Assembly: GCA_045532275.1 (NCBI GenBank)
Contig: JAZSFQ010000046.1
Location: 56,138-120,137, forward strand
Direction of reading: 5' to 3'
Length of the DNA stretch: 64,000 nucleotides
DNA from: Saccharofermentans sp.
Lineage (GTDB): Bacteria > Bacillota > Clostridia > Saccharofermentanales > Saccharofermentanaceae
Of the stretch, positions 60,140 through 64,000 are shown one piece after another. Position numbers and translations under genes: made by a program. Each line of letters opens with the position of its first letter. The stretch's first letter is position 1. Below the pieces are notes generated by a model. The model searched no databases. It saw nothing but the letters and a program-made list of their open reading frames with translations, and was not told the DNA's origin.

Positions 60140-62683
60140 TCATCTTGTCAGATAAAGTCTTAGCATATAGTAGACGCAGAGGACTGATACGCACCCAAAC
60201 AACCGCTGGCACTTGATCACTACAGCCCTGCAGTTATCGCTGTCCTGGTCACCCGCTGCTTTATGCAGGCTGAATTTAGAAAGCACCATCATGATCAGCG
60301 GCAGCACAGGCAGGAAGTATCTGCCCTGAAGGCCCTCTACCCTGACACTGCCGGCATCGGTCCAGGACAGGAGCATCAAAGGCGTGCAGCAGAATGAGAT
60401 AAGAATAACCAGGATAAAACTGATCTTATCAGTCTTGTTTAGCTCCGTATCGTCTTTCTCGAAAACAGAAGCAACAACTGCCGTAACCATAAGGACTGCC
60501 ACAACGGCATTCTGGATAGTAAATTCATCCCATGCGAGCACAGTTCCACCGATATTGATTATCAGATTATCGGCATAATCAATGAACGCAGCAGCGCACA
60601 TATTGATATATTCAACTGGATGCGTGATACCCCACATCGTCGTAAGCTTTGCATCGCCTTCAGTCCCGAACTGATAGAGCTTTATCTTCGGCACCAGCAT
60701 ATTGAAAATCACTGCGGCCATGATTCCGGATACGGCAACGGCAAGGATCTTCTTTACAGAAGTCTCTTTTTCATTCTTGTTCCACAGAATTACCAGAAGA
60801 ACGATAAGATAGAGATAACCTCCGCCCTTAACACCGCCGATAAAAAATGACCATATGCAGGCCTCGATAATGCATTTCAGATCAGATCTTTCGCGAAGTC
60901 TCAGAATACTTGCGGTAAATGCCACAGTCGTAACAATTACCATCGCATCATACGAAAGAGAACTGCTCATCATAAGTGACATCGGCAGAAGACATACTGT
61001 TGCGAATATATTCTTTCCTACAGGCGTAATCTTAACGGATCTGTAGCATACCACAACATAAAAGGCAAACATAAGCAGACGGCCGATACTGAGCATAGCT
61101 GCTGCGCCGAGATTTAAGAGTCTTGCTAATACAAATCCGATGACCATAGGCAGATAACTGATGATCGTGTAATACTCCATCTGATCCATCGGATCTTTGA
61201 AGATTATCATTTCGTTACTGCTGCCGGTTCCGAGATTATTAAACAGGCCTGATATCGATCCTGAATCAGGATAACTCGAAGCCATTCTAAAGACATTTTC
61301 ATAGAAAGCATTGTCAGAAGTGCCTATCATCCATCCGTTATTGGCATTATGGCCGAGAAGAGTATTGGAAATGCGGTATATGGCTTGAAAATGCGCCATC
61401 GTATCCGGAGCGCTCCACGGTTGGAAAAGGACGAAATATATGGCTCCCAAAGGAAGGACTGACATCAGGAACAGATTCTCCGTTTTGATCGGATTTTTCT
61501 CCGAGAAACGGAATATAAGATACAGATAAACAGCAAGGACCATCACTATAACCAATGCAATGATCCTTGTCATCCAAGTAAATTCCGTCTGGACATTACA
61601 GATCCCGGATGTTCCATCATCATACTGAACCGTCAATAAAAACAGATTCTTATCAGAAGAAGTATTTGTGACCTTAACTGTGTAATTTCCGGTCGGGAAC
61701 TCAGATATACCGCAATTCCCCGCTGCGATCGAGATATAAGTCAAGCCAGAAGAAGAATACTGTACAAAGTCATCAGCTTCAATATGCCTGTCAGCATAAA
61801 CATTCGAAGTATCAGCCAGCCTGATATCAATGTTTTCCCTATCACCATCTATAAACACAAAACCAAGTCTGTTTACCGGAGAATATGACACTTCCAATGG
61901 GACTTCAAGTGACGTTCCGGGTTCTATCGCTTCAATTGCATCAGAACCGGCCCTGACCGGCATGCTGATATTGAGTTCGGTTTTCCCCAGAAGATCGGCG
62001 GAAACTATCTCAAGCGCCAATACGGAAACAACGGTAACAAGAACTGCCTTCGGGATACTTATCTTGTTAATATCTTCGGTCTTAATATAGAAAACTAAAC
62101 CTGCAACAGCCAGTAATAAAAGGATACAGACTGCGGTAATCCTTAAACCGCCGTTAACGAGCATCAGCTGATAACATAAAGTCCGTCCGTTGACAGAAGA
62201 ACCTCCGGAAGACAATGAATCACCTGAATAAGAGAGCAAAACAGCAACAGTATTTTCGGGATCATCACTTTCATAAGTTACGTCAATACTGTAATTATGG
62301 CCGGGAGATGTCTTATATGACCTGTTAAACCTGAAATCCTGATAAGCGATATCCGGCAGATATGACCCTTCGATCTTCGCGGTGCGGACAGGAATGCCGT
62401 CTTCGCAAAGAGCAATATTCAGAGTACCGGTATTTATTCTTCCTGATGTGGAAAATCCGACGGAAACGCCGTCAATCCGGTCACCTGTATGTTCGATCTG
62501 CTGTGACAGAGTTTCATACGGATCAAGCTGATAAAGCTCATAAGCCGCATTCATCTGAGTCTTATACTCAAATGCCCTGCCTGAGAACAAGACCGCGCAG
62601 ATACAGAACACAGAAAAAAGCGCGATCAAAATGATGATTTTAAGAGTATTATTACTGTTCTTTCCGCTCTTAGTAAGATGCAT
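60140..62683 (-). CDS. DUF2142-family (GT-C-like) multipass membrane protein with extracellular domains
   Basis: PWSAPDTMAHF, YLPMVIG...GR, SSLSYDA, GLQGRYFLP motifs in the C-terminal half; two soluble beta-rich domains in the N-terminal half. Confidence 0.75.
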   Translation of the reverse strand: MHLTKSGKNSNNTLKIIILIALFSVFCICAVLFSGRAFEYKTQMNAAYELYQLDPYETLSQQIEHTGDRIDGVSVGFSTSGRINTGTLNIALCEDGIPVRTAKIEGSYLPDIAYQDFRFNRSYKTSPGHNYSIDVTYESDDPENTVAVLLSYSGDSLSSGGSSVNGRTLCYQLMLVNGGLRITAVCILLLLAVAGLVFYIKTEDINKISIPKAVLVTVVSVLALEIVSADLLGKTELNISMPVRAGSDAIEAIEPGTSLEVPLEVSYSPVNRLGFVFIDGDRENIDIRLADTSNVYADRHIEADDFVQYSSSGLTYISIAAGNCGISEFPTGNYTVKVTNTSSDKNLFLLTVQYDDGTSGICNVQTEFTWMTRIIALVIVMVLAVYLYLIFRFSEKNPIKTENLFLMSVLPLGAIYFVLFQPWSAPDTMAHFQAIYRISNTLLGHNANNGWMIGTSDNAFYENVFRMASSYPDSGSISGLFNNLGTGSSNEMIIFKDPMDQMEYYTIISYLPMVIGFVLARLLNLGAAAMLSIGRLLMFAFYVVVCYRSVKITPVGKNIFATVCLLPMSLMMSSSLSYDAMVIVTTVAFTASILRLRERSDLKCIIEACIWSFFIGGVKGGGYLYLIVLLVILWNKNEKETSVKKILAVAVSGIMAAVIFNMLVPKIKLYQFGTEGDAKLTTMWGITHPVEYINMCAAAFIDYADNLIINIGGTVLAWDEFTIQNAVVAVLMVTAVVASVFEKDDTELNKTDKISFILVILISFCCTPLMLLSWTDAGSVRVEGLQGRYFLPVLPLIMMVLSKFSLHKAAGDQDSDNCRAVVIKCQRLFGCVSVLCVYYMLRLYLTR

Positions 62684-62735
62684 ACATCTGACCTGCCGTA
62701 TTATGCTCCGGGGCTGTTATTGATCCGATTAAAGA

Positions 62736-63851
62736 TTACTTCTCGTTCTTCATTCCTGAGAGATAAGCATTGATGAAGCCGTCGAGATTTCCGTCCATAA
62801 CAGAATCGACATCGACTTCTTCATAACCTGTCCGGTTATCTTTTACAAGAGTATAAGGGCAGAATACGTATGACCTGATCTGCGAACCCCAGGCGATCTC
62901 CATCTGGTTGCCCTTCAGGTCTTCGATCTTCTCCATCTCAGATGCCCTTGCGAGTGCGAAAAGCTTTGCCTTCAGCATTCTTAAACATGTTTCCCTGTTC
63001 TGGAGCTGTGATCTTTCTGCCTGACAGGAAACCACGATTCCAGTAGGATTATGTGTCATACGGACGGCCGTATCGGTCTTGTTGATATGCTGGCCGCCTT
63101 TACCCGTTGAACGGTAAGTATCAACACGTACTTCAGTCATATCGATCTTTATATCGTCTTCAGTCTTCTGGTCAAGTTCAGGGATGACTTCGCATGAAGC
63201 AAAGGATGTATGTCTTCTGCCTGCCGAATCGAAAGGCGATATCCTGACGAGACGATGTACGCCTAATTCAGATCTTAAGAAACCATAAGCATAATCGCCC
63301 TTAATCATGAAAGAAACCGATTGGATTCCTGCAGTATCACCTTCAACGTAATCAAGTTCTTCAACAGAAAACTCATGGCTTTCTGCCCATCTGGTATACA
63401 TTCTGTAGAGCATTGAGCACCAGTCCATAGCTTCAGTTCCGCCGGCACCTGCATGGAGAGTGATCGTCGCATTATTTGCGTCATAAGGACCTGTAAGAAG
63501 TGTCTCAAGACGCATCTTTTCAAAGTCTTCTTTGAATTTTGCGGTTGAAGTCCTTAATTCTTCAAGAGAATCCATGTCTTCTTCTTCGTTTGCAAGCTCG
63601 CAGAGGGCTAAAAGGTCTTCTCTCTCTGCAACAAGAGAGTTATAGCTCTCTACCTTTTTCTTGAGTCTTCCCAAGGTCTGTTGGATCTCTGTCGCCTTAT
63701 CGACGTTGTTCCAGAAATCAGGTTCCTGCATACGGTTCTCGTATTCGCTTATCTGGTCAGATACGCGGTCGATATGAAGAGCATCTTTAAGCTCTGCTAC
63801 AGGCACTTCGTAAGATTCAAGGTCGAGTCTTATATTGTCAAATTCAAGCAT
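62736..63851 (-). CDS. prfB: Peptide chain release factor 2
   Basis: RLVRISPF (SPF), GKGGQHINKT (GGQ), WGSQIRSYV; a single uninterrupted ORF. Confidence 0.97.
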   Translation of the reverse strand: MLEFDNIRLDLESYEVPVAELKDALHIDRVSDQISEYENRMQEPDFWNNVDKATEIQQTLGRLKKKVESYNSLVAEREDLLALCELANEEEDMDSLEELRTSTAKFKEDFEKMRLETLLTGPYDANNATITLHAGAGGTEAMDWCSMLYRMYTRWAESHEFSVEELDYVEGDTAGIQSVSFMIKGDYAYGFLRSELGVHRLVRISPFDSAGRRHTSFASCEVIPELDQKTEDDIKIDMTEVRVDTYRSTGKGGQHINKTDTAVRMTHNPTGIVVSCQAERSQLQNRETCLRMLKAKLFALARASEMEKIEDLKGNQMEIAWGSQIRSYVFCPYTLVKDNRTGYEEVDVDSVMDGNLDGFINAYLSGMKNEK

Positions 63852-63854
63852 TGA

Positions 63855-64000
63855 TTACCCCTTATGTTCTTCAACAAATTCTTTAACTAATCTCATAGCT
63901 TCCTTGATGTCTTCCAAAGAAGCTGCATAACTGATACGGACAAATCCTTCACCGCACTTGCCGAAAGCGTTGCCGGGAACTATAGCGACATGCTTTTCAA
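63855..64000 (-). CDS. PLP-dependent aminotransferase class I/II (partial, C-terminus only)
   Basis: Manual translation EKHVAIVPGNAFGKCGEGFVRISYAASLEDIKEAMRLVKEFVEEHKG*. Confidence 0.85.
   Translation of the reverse strand, partial: EKHVAIVPGNAFGKCGEGFVRISYAASLEDIKEAMRLVKEFVEEHKG

Overview
A 64-kb, gene-dense stretch of a Firmicutes (Clostridia-like) chromosome; the taxon is inferred from gene content, a CIRCE operator and sigmaA promoters. Most genes are on the minus strand. Housekeeping genes include groES/groEL, galE, queA-tgt, comM-dprA-topA-trmFO, ychF, coaE-polA, uppP, leuA, cls and prfB, alongside transporters, a two-component system and several envelope-related genes. I found no rRNA, tRNA, CRISPR array, transposase or integrase. 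The most unusual element is an AT-richer three-gene cassette at about 44.56-48.55 kb between an ABC exporter pair and leuA. It encodes a DUF4760-like membrane protein, a MurD(MurD2-like)-CapA metallophosphoesterase fusion and a GNAT acetyltransferase with an extra C-terminal domain. Other points of interest: a membrane-anchored PP2C phosphatase translationally coupled to an apparently inactive PP2C-like paralog, an acyltransferase-3 gene frameshifted at an (AT)4 tract, a multi-sensor class III nucleotidyl cyclase, a prfB without the programmed frameshift, and several REP-like palindromic intergenic elements. All family calls come from motif recognition by eye; no database search was run.
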